Source of the DNA: Candidatus Harrisonbacteria bacterium
GTDB lineage: Bacteria > Patescibacteriota > Minisyncoccia > UBA6257 > 02-FULL-45-10c
Direction of reading: 5' to 3'
Assembly (NCBI GenBank): GCA_016214655.1
Contig: JACROC010000002.1
Coordinates: forward strand, 67,801-131,800
DNA length: 64,000 nt
The first letter of the stretch is position 1. Each line of letters begins with the position of its first letter. Shown one piece after another: positions 44,805 through 54,697 of this stretch. The notes under the pieces were generated by a model. The model saw only the letters and a list, made by a program, of their open reading frames with translations. It was not told the DNA's origin and did no database searches. A program made the position numbers and the translations under genes.

Positions 44805-44950
44805 ACCCGGTGCTACAACTGCGATTGCACTTCGCAGAATTTAACATTTTTTAATTAAATAAAACGACTATTAATACTGATTTTTTGCTATTACCAGATA
44901 GCTAAGAGCGAATTGGTTAAATTCCTATCGCAGTTGTAGCTACCGGGCAT
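44803..44950 (-). promoter_or_regulatory. rpsU leader: 23-bp stem masking the start codon, plus a 19-codon uORF
   Basis: Arms at 44950-44927 and 44825-44803. Inner stem GAAUUUAAC/GUUAAAUUC. uORF 44950-44891. Confidence 0.65.
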
Positions 44951-44974
44951 AGGTTATATTAACAAAAATTAATC

Positions 44975-45337
44975 TTATTTATCAAGCCCCGGGTGCGGCA
45001 TTGCATCAATTTCTTCTTTTCTTATCCAACCCCCCAATAAATGCAAATGGAGGTGGTCAATCACCTGTCCGCCTTCGCGGCCGACGTTAAATACCAATTT
45101 ATATCCTTTTAATCCCACTTTTTCCGCTAAAGATTTTGCCACAAAAATAAGCACCGCCACAATGTCATGATGATTGTTGCCCAAGTGCGCGATTGACTGG
45201 ATATGCTCTTTAGGAACCACTAAATAATGAACTGGCGCGGATGGCCGGATATCTTTAAAAGCAATAACGCTATCATCCTCATAGATAACATCAGCCGGAA
45301 TCTCTTTTTGAGTTATTTTGCAAAAGATACATTCCAT
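44975..45337 (-). CDS. HIT family nucleotide-binding protein
   Basis: CIFCKI and HLHLHLLGG motifs. Confidence 0.94.
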   Translation of the reverse strand: MECIFCKITQKEIPADVIYEDDSVIAFKDIRPSAPVHYLVVPKEHIQSIAHLGNNHHDIVAVLIFVAKSLAEKVGLKGYKLVFNVGREGGQVIDHLHLHLLGGWIRKEEIDAMPHPGLDK

Positions 45338-45344
45338 ACAGATA

Positions 45345-46643
45345 TTATTTAAATCTTTTCTTCACTTCATTAACCACTTTTCTGAGTGGTACGGTTTCCT
45401 GAACGCCATTCTTAAGATCACGGACAATAATTGAATCTTCAAATGCCTCTTTTTGCCCGAAAATCAGCGCGTAATCGGCATTTTCCTTATTCGCCGATCG
45501 CAATTGCGCAGCCAAAGAATCTTTGCCTAGCGATTCTAAAACCGGAATACCGGCATCGCGCAATTCTTCTATTAAAGACAAGCTTTTCTTTTTAGCCACA
45601 TCCCCAATATGGATAAAAAATACCTTTTGCCTGCTGCGCAAACCAAGATTAATTTTAGTCTTTCTCATAACCTCAATTACTCTTTCCATACCAACCGCTC
45701 CCCCGACTCCGGAAGACTGCCTTGAACCAAAAAGTTCCAGCAGATAATCGTATCGGCCGCCGCCAGCCAAAGCAAAATCAAACTTAGTGCCATCTTCAGC
45801 AACCGAATCGGTAAAAAATTCAAATGCAGTCCGGTTATAATAATCCAGACCGCGGACCAGATGATGATCCAGCTGATAAGACAATTTTAATTCTTCCAAA
45901 AATTCCAGCACTCCCTTAAAATGTTTGTTGCAATTGGAACAAAGAGAATCCAAAATCATCGGAGTACTGGCTTTGTATTGCTGGCACTGCTCATTTTTGC
46001 AATCAAGCAGCCGCAATGGATTCTGCTTCATCCTGCGGCGGCAATCCTTACATAATTTAGGAGCCAGATCCCTGTAATAATCCAGTAATTTTTTCCGATA
46101 AACCGGCCGGCAGTTTCTGCAGCCGATACTATTAATATGAAGTGATAGATTTTTTATTTTAAACCGCTCCAGCAAACGATAAATGGCCAGAATCAGCTGC
46201 GCATCGTATACCGGATCGTCATCGCCCCCGATAATCTCAAAACCAGCCTGATGAAATTGCCTGAACCTTCCGGACTGCGGCTGTTCTTTCCGGAACATCG
46301 GACCGATATAAAATAATTTCAACGGCTGACCCAAATGGCTCAATCCATGCTGAACATAAGACCGGACAATGGAAGCGGTTCCCTCCGGACGGAGCGCAAG
46401 TCGGTCTCCAGAGCGGCTTTTAAACACAAACATCTGCTTCTCAACGATGTCCGTGGTTTCGCCGAGAGATTTCTCAAATATTTCCGCGCGCTCTAAAATG
46501 GCAGTGTCAATCCGGCTAAAATTATAATAATCCGCGATATAATCTACTTCTTTTCTGACCTTATCCCACCACATCTGCTCCTGCGGAAGAATATCGTGCA
46601 TTCCTTTCGGGGATTGTAAGTTTTGAATTTTTGATCTAGACAT
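45345..46643 (-). CDS. hisS: Histidyl-tRNA synthetase
   Basis: LRPEGTAS, GRFRQFHQ, LVRGLDYY and GGGRYD motifs. Confidence 0.97.
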   Translation of the reverse strand: MSRSKIQNLQSPKGMHDILPQEQMWWDKVRKEVDYIADYYNFSRIDTAILERAEIFEKSLGETTDIVEKQMFVFKSRSGDRLALRPEGTASIVRSYVQHGLSHLGQPLKLFYIGPMFRKEQPQSGRFRQFHQAGFEIIGGDDDPVYDAQLILAIYRLLERFKIKNLSLHINSIGCRNCRPVYRKKLLDYYRDLAPKLCKDCRRRMKQNPLRLLDCKNEQCQQYKASTPMILDSLCSNCNKHFKGVLEFLEELKLSYQLDHHLVRGLDYYNRTAFEFFTDSVAEDGTKFDFALAGGGRYDYLLELFGSRQSSGVGGAVGMERVIEVMRKTKINLGLRSRQKVFFIHIGDVAKKKSLSLIEELRDAGIPVLESLGKDSLAAQLRSANKENADYALIFGQKEAFEDSIIVRDLKNGVQETVPLRKVVNEVKKRFK

Positions 46644-46672
46644 AAATTTTCTAATCGCTAGTCGCTAACCGC

Positions 46673-47212
46673 TTAATAAGCGAACGCTTGCACCTTTGTA
46701 ATCGGCAACAATCTCAATCTAGCTATTCCGATTATATACTTTTTCGGCAGAGTCCCCCAGCTCCTGGAATCATAGCTGTAATTCCGGTTGTCACCAAGCA
46801 CGAAGTATTCTTCGCCGCTCAAAGCAGTGGAAAGATTTCCGGAGGTCTTCAGGCCAACCGGCAAATACTCTTCCTCCAAAAGCATTCCGTTTAGGTTTTC
46901 ATTGTCTGCAATATATACGGATCCTTTTTTAATTTCAACTTTTTCTCCGGGCAAACCAACAATCCTCTTAATATAATAAGTCGAGGGATTATCCGGATAT
47001 TTAAAAACAATCACTTCTCCGCGCTTCGGTTCACGCAGCCGATAAGTGATTTCATCAATAATCAGATAATTGCCCGTGCCAAAGGTCGGCTCCATACTTG
47101 CGCCACTGACTAAAAACGGCTGGATCAAAAAAGAACGGATTAAAAATACCGTTACTACGGCCACCACCACAACCTCTAAAACTTCCCAAACCGCTAGAAA
47201 AAAAGACTTCAT
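46673..47212 (-). CDS. lepB: Signal peptidase I
   Basis: VSGASMEPT, YIKRIVGLPGE and GDNRNYSYDSR motifs. Confidence 0.96.
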   Translation of the reverse strand: MKSFFLAVWEVLEVVVVAVVTVFLIRSFLIQPFLVSGASMEPTFGTGNYLIIDEITYRLREPKRGEVIVFKYPDNPSTYYIKRIVGLPGEKVEIKKGSVYIADNENLNGMLLEEEYLPVGLKTSGNLSTALSGEEYFVLGDNRNYSYDSRSWGTLPKKYIIGIARLRLLPITKVQAFAY

Positions 47213-47246
47213 GGCTGAATAGGTAAAATTTTACTATAATAAAAGC

Positions 47247-47732
47247 GTGAATACAAGCAAGCCAAAATTTAAACTTATTATAGGCCTGGGCAATCCGGAT
47301 CCGGAATATCAAAACACCTACCATAATGTTGGTCACCTATTCGCCGACTTCTTAGAGAGCCAGGCATCGAACGTCAGATGTCGGGTGTTAAAATCAGATG
47401 TCTACATGAACGAGTCCGGGACCTTTGTAAAAAAAGCACTGAAAAAATATAGGACAAAACCGGAAGAGTTGCTGATAGTCCACGACGACAGTGATATCAC
47501 TCTCGGCAATAATAAATTGGCGTTCGGCCGAGGCGCTGCCGGCCACCACGGCATAGAAAATATTATGGCGACGCTTAAAACGAATAATTTTTGGCGGATC
47601 CGCATCGGCATCCGCCCAGCCAAAGAAAAAATCCGCCAAAAAGCGGAAAAATTCGTACTTAAAAAAATAACAACCGCGGATAAAAAAATCCTTGAATCGG
47701 TGTTTCAAAAGGCCGCCGAAGCTACAGCTTAA
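47247..47732 (+). CDS. pth: Peptidyl-tRNA hydrolase
   Basis: GLGNP, HNVG, YMNESG, VHDD, GHHG and RIRIGI motifs. Confidence 0.94.
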   Translation: MNTSKPKFKLIIGLGNPDPEYQNTYHNVGHLFADFLESQASNVRCRVLKSDVYMNESGTFVKKALKKYRTKPEELLIVHDDSDITLGNNKLAFGRGAAGHHGIENIMATLKTNNFWRIRIGIRPAKEKIRQKAEKFVLKKITTADKKILESVFQKAAEATA

Positions 47733-49230
47733 AAGTAAGTGTAAACGAAACCGTCTTATCCGGATTTACAACTATATTAGAAAGCGGGAGAGAAACATTT
47801 TTAAACCCGCCCTGAAACAACGTATTTTTAAAATTAACCGCCGCAGATTGGTCGGCGGCTTTGCCGGTTAGAAGAGCAGAAGATTGCGAAGAATCAAGCA
47901 GGATTCTTGTTATATTAACGTCATTTTTGAGCGAAGCATTGACGCGAGTCAGCGTCGCTGACAATTCACTTTTTTGGCCGCGCGCAGCAAATATCTTATC
48001 TAACAATTGGTTGAATGCTTTCGCCTGTTCCTGCAAAGCCAATACCTCATTTCCAGCCGGACTTTTAACAATCTCCTGAAGCTGAAGCACCAACTTATCC
48101 GAAGCTTGAGAAAGGATAGTGTCCACCAAGATAAAAAGCAGGATTATAAAACCAAGAGTAGCCGCGATTATATTACGCCAAGATTTAACAAAAAACATTA
48201 TTTGCGATTGCCGATAATCTTCTTCCGTTCCTGTCGCCATCAGACTGATTAAAATATCTTCCGCCCTGGACATTCTGCCGCGCAGCATGCTTCCTAAAAC
48301 GCCGAACCAAGACGGAGGTAAATCGGTAAATTTATTCAGCTTCAGTTCAATAACGTCAAATTGAAAATTTTCATTGATGAAATTTTTGATTTCCGTGTTT
48401 AGGGCCTGAGTAACTAAAATTAATTTTTCCAGCCTCCCCTCCCAATGACTGCCATAAAATGCATAAACTTTCTTGATCTCTCGGATAATAGTTTCTTTAA
48501 AATCGGAAAATAGTATTTCTCTGCCCGATCTGCCTTCATCCTGAATCAGCTTCCAGGGAGTAAAATAATCAAAATACAAATTCCCATGCCGCAGCACCAT
48601 AAAATCGATTCCGTCACTGGAAACATTAAGAACCACTTGCGGCTTTTCAATATCCACCCCGGCAGCGAATTCCTTGATGCTACGCGCCAGGGCCAAAGCC
48701 GGAAACTCCACCGCTACAGGAACAAACCCGGCCTCAACTAAAGAACCGATATACTCATTAATAACCATAGAATTGGCAAAAGCACCCAATATTTCCAAGC
48801 GGCCATCTTGCTCCCTGACCCCGATTTTTTCCCAATCCGCATAGCTCAAATTAAGATCAATTGGAGAAATGCCGACCAAATTCAATTTAGCGGCATCGGC
48901 CAGATTCCCATCCGCCAAAGGCGGTAAATTAAAAACCTGCGTATAAACATTAATGGAAGGGACCAGTAAAATAACTGGAGTTTTTTCCTTTGGTAAAGAA
49001 AATTGCTGATGAAGCCTTTTTAGATTTTCTGCCAGTTTTTCTTTATCTTTAATCCTGCCATTCTCAATAATGCCCGGCTCCAAAATAACCGCGGATTTTT
49101 TCAAACTACCGTCATTCTGCAGCTGGCAAATCCTGATAGCCACATCTTTAATCTCAAGCCCGGCAATCGGCCGCTCATTCTTAAAAAATTTCTTGAGTGC
49201 AAGAGAAGATTTTTCCGGCAATAATTTCAT
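47722..49230 (-). CDS. Type IV pilus PilM-like domain fused to a PilN-like domain
   Basis: GLEI...PGIIENGRIKD actin-like N-region, then a TM and a ferredoxin-like periplasmic C-domain. End of the pilus operon. Confidence 0.75.
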   Translation of the reverse strand: MKLLPEKSSLALKKFFKNERPIAGLEIKDVAIRICQLQNDGSLKKSAVILEPGIIENGRIKDKEKLAENLKRLHQQFSLPKEKTPVILLVPSINVYTQVFNLPPLADGNLADAAKLNLVGISPIDLNLSYADWEKIGVREQDGRLEILGAFANSMVINEYIGSLVEAGFVPVAVEFPALALARSIKEFAAGVDIEKPQVVLNVSSDGIDFMVLRHGNLYFDYFTPWKLIQDEGRSGREILFSDFKETIIREIKKVYAFYGSHWEGRLEKLILVTQALNTEIKNFINENFQFDVIELKLNKFTDLPPSWFGVLGSMLRGRMSRAEDILISLMATGTEEDYRQSQIMFFVKSWRNIIAATLGFIILLFILVDTILSQASDKLVLQLQEIVKSPAGNEVLALQEQAKAFNQLLDKIFAARGQKSELSATLTRVNASLKNDVNITRILLDSSQSSALLTGKAADQSAAVNFKNTLFQGGFKNVSLPLSNIVVNPDKTVSFTLTFKL

Positions 49231-49260
49231 TACTCTAATTATAACCTATCTTTAAGCGCC

Positions 49261-49728
49261 CTATAATTCTACCTCCTTTAATGATTGCAGCCGCGCCTCT
49301 CCCGTAGCCGAATCGACGGAAACTATTGCTTCAAGTTTCCGGCTTCTATTTTCCGCCGTTCCGACAGCCGTAATTTTATGTTTCCCATCTCCAACGCAAA
49401 TCGGTTCGGGCAAATCCTTACAAACAGAAACTTCGACCGAATAATTGCCGACCGGCAAAGTATATGATGAAGAGGTAAAATTTTTGTCCCTGACAACCCT
49501 TATTAAAGCATCCTGAATTCCGGATCTGGCAGCAAAAAGCGCCCTCGAACCCAATCTTATCCCGAATTCCGAACTCACCAAAAGATAAGAACTCAGTGTG
49601 GCGGCAATCATAATTTCCATAATTAACCCCCCCAACAAAAGAACGGTTGGCAAAGCGGCCACCCCATGAAAACATTTAACATTTAACTTTTGACACTTAG
49701 CCATATGTATTAATTTTACGGGCTCCAA
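49261..49728 (-). CDS. PilX-like minor pilin
   Basis: G^VAALPTVLL hydrophobic helix and ALFAARSGIQDA. Start uncertain. Confidence 0.7.
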   Translation of the reverse strand: MEPVKLIHMAKCQKLNVKCFHGVAALPTVLLLGGLIMEIMIAATLSSYLLVSSEFGIRLGSRALFAARSGIQDALIRVVRDKNFTSSSYTLPVGNYSVEVSVCKDLPEPICVGDGKHKITAVGTAENRSRKLEAIVSVDSATGEARLQSLKEVEL

Positions 49729-50663
49729 TTTAAAATTACGTCATCGACTCGCGGCGATAAAATACCAGCTCCATCGGGTTCCAAAATAATTTTATAGCGT
49801 AAATACCGCTTATTATCGTGATCTGCTTGGCGCACCGCAATCTGAACACTAGGTCCGGCCGGAACATAAAAACTCGAAGAAGAACCATCAGAACCAAGGT
49901 AATCCCAAGGCCCGGATGCGCTATTAGAAGAAGCAATTTGAAATTTTACGTTGGTTCCGGCAGGTTTTTCTCCCTGCCATATTACAGTATTTAACCTCGC
50001 GCCAACAGCAATAGCGGTATCAAAAATACTAGAAATTAACTCGCCTTGATTTGGAACAGCCGCCAGCAACGAGGTGGAAGCGCTAATAAAAGCCGAAGAA
50101 AAAAATTTAGTATTCGGCTCGCCGTATGGGCCGCTGTATCCGCTGCCGCCGGACCAGTCGGTTTGCTGGAATGAACTGTTCCGCCATCGGGTTAAATATA
50201 AAACTCCATAAGCTGTTGAGGTAGCGCCGCCAACGGGAAAGCTGACAACTATGGTTGCCTTTTGAGTCGATGAATCATCATTGGCGAAATTATAGCTGGC
50301 CTCAATATTACCGGTTGCATCGCGTGAAACATTTTCAATATAAAAATAGCGGCTGAAATTGATATTATTGACATTAATCAGTTCTTCCCCGGTTTGAACG
50401 ACTATCCCATTGGCGGAAGTCGCCAAATAATATCTATTTTCACCGCCTTCCGCCAAGTTATAAATTCCTTGCCAGCCGGATTCAGTAAATGCAGTTAAAT
50501 TATCCGATAAGCCGTTAGCCAGCGACGAAGCGAGCCGATTTTTCTGAGAAAGCTCGCCGGAGCGCAAGATTATAAAAAGCGCGCCAGAAGCGGTTCCGAT
50601 CATTAGAACTCCTACACCCAAGGCAACTAAAATCTCAATAAGTGCCTGGCCGCTATTTCGCAT
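49716..50663 (-). CDS. Minor pilin (PilV-like) with a C-terminal beta domain
   Basis: SG^QALIEILVAL class III signal. Confidence 0.75.
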   Translation of the reverse strand: MRNSGQALIEILVALGVGVLMIGTASGALFIILRSGELSQKNRLASSLANGLSDNLTAFTESGWQGIYNLAEGGENRYYLATSANGIVVQTGEELINVNNINFSRYFYIENVSRDATGNIEASYNFANDDSSTQKATIVVSFPVGGATSTAYGVLYLTRWRNSSFQQTDWSGGSGYSGPYGEPNTKFFSSAFISASTSLLAAVPNQGELISSIFDTAIAVGARLNTVIWQGEKPAGTNVKFQIASSNSASGPWDYLGSDGSSSSFYVPAGPSVQIAVRQADHDNKRYLRYKIILEPDGAGILSPRVDDVILNWSP

Positions 50664-51114
50664 AGTCGATGACCCCATTAGCATTTATATTAATCGTAAA
50701 AAAACTGCTCTCGTTGCCGCTTAAAGCAAGCTTAACCACCGCCGGCGAAGTAGCGCCGCTGACTTTAGAAAAAATAATATCCTTTGTAGTTCCTTCGGCC
50801 GGATCCGAAAATTTTAAGCTTAAAGGCAAAAATATTTTATTTTGGACAGAGCCGGTAGCATAATCATTTCCGCTGAAAATGGAATATGAATCATTATCGT
50901 TGACTGCGGCGTCAAAATGGACCCCCCACTTGCTGGATGCTTGCTGGGATATAGCCCTCGATTGCGCATCGCGCAAATAAGCGACCAAATTCTCAGTTGC
51001 CAGCTCTAGCTCTCTTTGGCTGCGGAAACCGGCAAGATTTAAAACAACAATACTCCCAATAATAACCAAAAGTCCGATAGAAATTATAAGTTCTAGTAAA
51101 GTGAAACCCCTCAT
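50653..51114 (-). CDS. Minor pilin (FimT/GspH-like)
   Basis: RG^FTLLELII and LRDAQSRA motifs. Confidence 0.85.
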   Translation of the reverse strand: MRGFTLLELIISIGLLVIIGSIVVLNLAGFRSQRELELATENLVAYLRDAQSRAISQQASSKWGVHFDAAVNDNDSYSIFSGNDYATGSVQNKIFLPLSLKFSDPAEGTTKDIIFSKVSGATSPAVVKLALSGNESSFFTININANGVIDYAK

Positions 51115-51115
51115 T

Positions 51116-52324
51116 TTAAATTCCCCCTACCAGCTGATAAATCGGCACCACCACGGCCAAGGCGATTGATCCGATTAAAACGCCGATAAAAAGAAGCATG
51201 ATCGGTTCAATAAATGCAACCATAGTCTTAACGGCATTATCCACCTCCGTTTCATAAAAACCGGAGAGGGTTTTGAGAATTTCGTCCAGGTGCCCGGCCT
51301 TTTCCGAAACAGAAATTAGATTAATTACTACCAGCGGAAAAACTGCTTCCCGGCGAAAGGCATCTCCGATGGTAAGACCCTTAGCAATACCTTCGCGGGC
51401 GATATGCCTTAAGCTCGATTTAAATTTTTCCGAGCCAACCGCATCGGCAGTGATTTCCAAAGAATCAATAATCGGCATGCCAGCTCTTAATAAAGAAGCG
51501 AGAGTGGCAGCAAAACGCTGGAGCGCCAGCTGATCAATAACCGTACTAATCAGCGGCAAATGAGATGCCAGCAGAGAGAGCAACTTCTTACCAACAGGGA
51601 CTGCCAGCAGAAAATAAGCAACACCCACGACCGCAATGCCTCCTAAGGGAAAAATAATCAGCGCATTCTTGCTCAAAAATAACCCGATGCCAAAAACTAT
51701 CCTGGAAAAAAGCGGGGGCTGCACGCCGGTGGATAAAAATACATTAGCGATTTTCGGCAAAGCAAAAGTCACCAAAAGCAGGAGCATTAAGAGCGACATA
51801 ACCAGCAGAATAATTGGGTAAATCAACGCCGACTTGATTTTACTCTTCAACTCCCTCTCCTTTTCCAAGGAAACACTTAAGTTGTCCAGAACCGCGGTCA
51901 GATTTCCGGACGCTTCCCCGGCCTTAACGAGATTCACAAAAACTGAAGAAAAAAAATTGGGGTATTTGGCAAAGGTAATGTAAAATGGGTTCCCTTTTTC
52001 CAGATTATTCTTAATTTCGGTCAGCAGAGCTTTCAACACCGGCTTATCCAGATCGTTAATTAAAATATCAATTGCTCTAAAAAGATCGGTGCCGGCTCTC
52101 AGCATTAAAGAAAGATACCTGGTCAAAAATACTTTGTCAGAAATAGTGACCTTCTGCCCAAAGAATTTTACCCCGCTAAAATCGATGGTGCTTACCGCTT
52201 TGACGGAAACCGGCTTCAAACTCCGGCCAGCCAATATTTGAGCAACCTCACCGGATGCCTGCGCGACCATTTCTCCTTCCACGATCTTACCGTCAGGTTG
52301 TGTTGCAATGTATTTAAATTTCAT
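51116..52324 (-). CDS. pilC: Type IV pilus platform protein PilC/GspF
   Basis: AGEASGNL, KIKSALIYP, SEKAGHL and IEPIM motifs. Confidence 0.93.
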   Translation of the reverse strand: MKFKYIATQPDGKIVEGEMVAQASGEVAQILAGRSLKPVSVKAVSTIDFSGVKFFGQKVTISDKVFLTRYLSLMLRAGTDLFRAIDILINDLDKPVLKALLTEIKNNLEKGNPFYITFAKYPNFFSSVFVNLVKAGEASGNLTAVLDNLSVSLEKERELKSKIKSALIYPIILLVMSLLMLLLLVTFALPKIANVFLSTGVQPPLFSRIVFGIGLFLSKNALIIFPLGGIAVVGVAYFLLAVPVGKKLLSLLASHLPLISTVIDQLALQRFAATLASLLRAGMPIIDSLEITADAVGSEKFKSSLRHIAREGIAKGLTIGDAFRREAVFPLVVINLISVSEKAGHLDEILKTLSGFYETEVDNAVKTMVAFIEPIMLLFIGVLIGSIALAVVVPIYQLVGGI

Positions 52325-52325
52325 T

Positions 52326-54029
52326 TTATTCTCTTATAACCCTAAGTACTTCTTCCACCGTAGTCATTCCCTGCATGGCTTTTCTCAAGCCATCTTCAAA
52401 CATAGTAATCATCCCTCTTTTACGTGCCAATTTTCTAAGTCCATCAAGAGAAAAATCCGGATTAATAATATAAGCCCGGATCTCATCGTCAACGTTCAAT
52501 ACTTCGTAGATTCCAATTCTGCCTTTCAAGCCGCTGTGGCCGCAACTCTTGCATCCCTTACCGCGAAAAAGAGTTTTTGGCAGTTTCAAGCTTTCGATGC
52601 CTAAATCCTCGATCTGTTTTTTAATTAATTGTAGCAAATAATCGGTCGGCTTATAAGATTCTATGCAATCGTTACAAATTTTACCCACCAAACGCTGGGC
52701 AAAAGCCATATTTAGAACCGCCGAAACTAAAAAAGGCGGAATTTTCAAATCGGTTAATCTCGGAATAGCCGTCGGCGCATCATTGGTGTGCAAAGTAGAT
52801 AAAAGCAAATGACCCGTCAAAGCGGCATTGACGGAAATTTCTGCCGTTTCCGGATCCCTGATTTCACCGACTAGAATAATATTCGGATCTTGCCTCAAAA
52901 GCGCCCGCAATCCGCTGGAAAATGTAATTCCGGCCTGGGGATTAATCTGAGTCTGATTAACATATTTAATATTGTATTCCACCGGATCTTCAATTGTCAC
53001 GATATTCACCTCGGGATGATTTAAACCATTAAGAATGGAGTAAAGTGTAGTGGTTTTTCCGGATCCGGTTGGTCCGCAAATTAAAACCATTCCGTAAGTT
53101 TTGTGTATATTCTCTTCTACGATTTTAATCGTATCCGGAAGCATGCCCAATTCCACGAAAGATAACGGGCGCTGAGCAGCGGTTAACAAGCGCATCTCCA
53201 CCTTCTCGCCGTAAAAAGTGGGGATAACTGAAACACGGAGGTCAATAAAATTCTGTTCTAATTTCTGGCGGAAACGGCCGTCTTGCGGGCGAGTATGCTC
53301 ATCCAATTTTAAACTTGCTAGAAGTTTAATGCGGGCGGTAATCGCTGAATGGACTTCTTTGGGTAATCTCATCATTTCCCTAAGTATTCCATCAATACGG
53401 TAACGGACTAAAAGAATATCTTCTAAAACTTCTAAATGAATATCCGAAGCCCTTAAAGAAGCCGCATAAGCAAGGAGATTATCTACGATGGCAACAATCG
53501 GCAGTTCCTCCGCCGCCTTCTCCGCGCCTGCAGCGCTGGCACGAATAGAAGCAGCCACATTTTCTTCAATTGCCCAACGAAAATCCTCTACCCCGCCGCG
53601 AGAATATACTGAGAAGGCTTCATTGAAATCCTCAGGTGAAGCAATGTAGGGTCTAATATCGGCTTTTAAATATCGCTTTAAAAATTCAATTGAAGCTAAG
53701 TCGCTGGGATCTTCCATAGCCACCGCCAAAGAACCATCTTCTTCTTTCCTAAAAACAACCGCGCGCTTCTCGCGAGAAATCTCCTTTGGCAAAAGATGAA
53801 GTATCTTCTCGTCAATTACCTGGGAAGATAAACTGGCTTTCTTAACCCCAAAATAAGCCGCGACCAAATCATAAAAATATTTCTTAGTAATAAAGCCGCG
53901 GGATACTAAAATATCAGCCACCTCAAAACCCATCCGGCCAGCCTCTACGACGATTTTATCAAACTCCTCCGCATCAATCAGTTTTTCCGTTATTAACAGC
54001 TCTTTTAATTTTTCATTAGGGATTCTCAA
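52326..54029 (-). CDS. pilB: Type IV pilus assembly ATPase PilB/GspE
   Basis: ASDIHLE, PQDGR, GPTGSGKTTT, EDPVEY, LRQDPN and TGHLLLSTLHTN motifs. Zinc CxxC pairs. Confidence 0.94.
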   Translation of the reverse strand: MRIPNEKLKELLITEKLIDAEEFDKIVVEAGRMGFEVADILVSRGFITKKYFYDLVAAYFGVKKASLSSQVIDEKILHLLPKEISREKRAVVFRKEEDGSLAVAMEDPSDLASIEFLKRYLKADIRPYIASPEDFNEAFSVYSRGGVEDFRWAIEENVAASIRASAAGAEKAAEELPIVAIVDNLLAYAASLRASDIHLEVLEDILLVRYRIDGILREMMRLPKEVHSAITARIKLLASLKLDEHTRPQDGRFRQKLEQNFIDLRVSVIPTFYGEKVEMRLLTAAQRPLSFVELGMLPDTIKIVEENIHKTYGMVLICGPTGSGKTTTLYSILNGLNHPEVNIVTIEDPVEYNIKYVNQTQINPQAGITFSSGLRALLRQDPNIILVGEIRDPETAEISVNAALTGHLLLSTLHTNDAPTAIPRLTDLKIPPFLVSAVLNMAFAQRLVGKICNDCIESYKPTDYLLQLIKKQIEDLGIESLKLPKTLFRGKGCKSCGHSGLKGRIGIYEVLNVDDEIRAYIINPDFSLDGLRKLARKRGMITMFEDGLRKAMQGMTTVEEVLRVIRE

Positions 54030-54038
54030 TTCATTTGA

Positions 54039-54105
54039 GGGTTTAGGGTTCAGGGGTTAGGGGTTAGAAAAATTTCTATACCCTATACCCTATGCCCTAT
54101 ACCCT
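54039..54105. repeat. Inverted heptamer arrays (G-tract/C-tract), G-quadruplex capable
   Basis: GGGTTTAGGGTTCAGGGGTTAGGGG at 54039-54063 and CCCTATACCCTATGCCCTATACCCT at 54081-54105. Confidence 0.8.
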
Positions 54106-54694
54106 ACAATTTTAGTAATTGCCACCATGGCAACACGCTTAGCCACTTACTTATTATTATAGTCAAAAACGCGGTCGGCAGCCAAAGATAATAAAAAGAA
54201 AGACGCTCGCTTTTAACAAATGATAAATGACTACTGACAAATGACAAAATAAGAGCCGAAATCAAAAGCACAAATAAATAAACAAGCCAGGCAGGATGGC
54301 CAACTGAAAAAATCGCGGTCGCCAGCAAATATGGTTCTATCAGTTCAAAAAACCTTTCTCCAAATCTTTTATTTAAATATCTGGTTGCCGCTAAAAAAAT
54401 AATTCCTACAATCAATGACAATAAATATTGGTTAAAAAATCTGGTTCTGATAAAAAACACAAAATAATCTAAATTCCGGTATGGAGGAAGAAAGAATTTT
54501 CCGATTTCATTCCCTTGCCACAACTTATATTGAGCCCAAGAATAATAGCCCGCTAATCCGAAAATTATGATTGCAGCCGAAATAAAGATTGTTAAACCGA
54601 AAAACCCGCTCCTATAAAAATCAGAGCGGGTTTTTCTGGATATCAGCTGAACAGAAAAAATTATAACAAGAAACCCAAGAATAATTATGTCCAT
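54104..54694 (-). CDS. Multi-pass membrane protein in the pilus operon
   Basis: About five TM helices, lying between the major pilin and pilB. Confidence 0.7.
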   Translation of the reverse strand: MDIIILGFLVIIFSVQLISRKTRSDFYRSGFFGLTIFISAAIIIFGLAGYYSWAQYKLWQGNEIGKFFLPPYRNLDYFVFFIRTRFFNQYLLSLIVGIIFLAATRYLNKRFGERFFELIEPYLLATAIFSVGHPAWLVYLFVLLISALILSFVSSHLSFVKSERLSFYYLWLPTAFLTIIISKWLSVLPWWQLLKL

Positions 54695-54697
54695 TAC

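Noticed and set aside
54601-54636. Terminator-like palindrome AAAACCCGCT...AGCGGGTTTT inside a CDS
   Set aside because: It lies in frame within the membrane gene. It may attenuate transcription after the major pilin, but there is no independent support.
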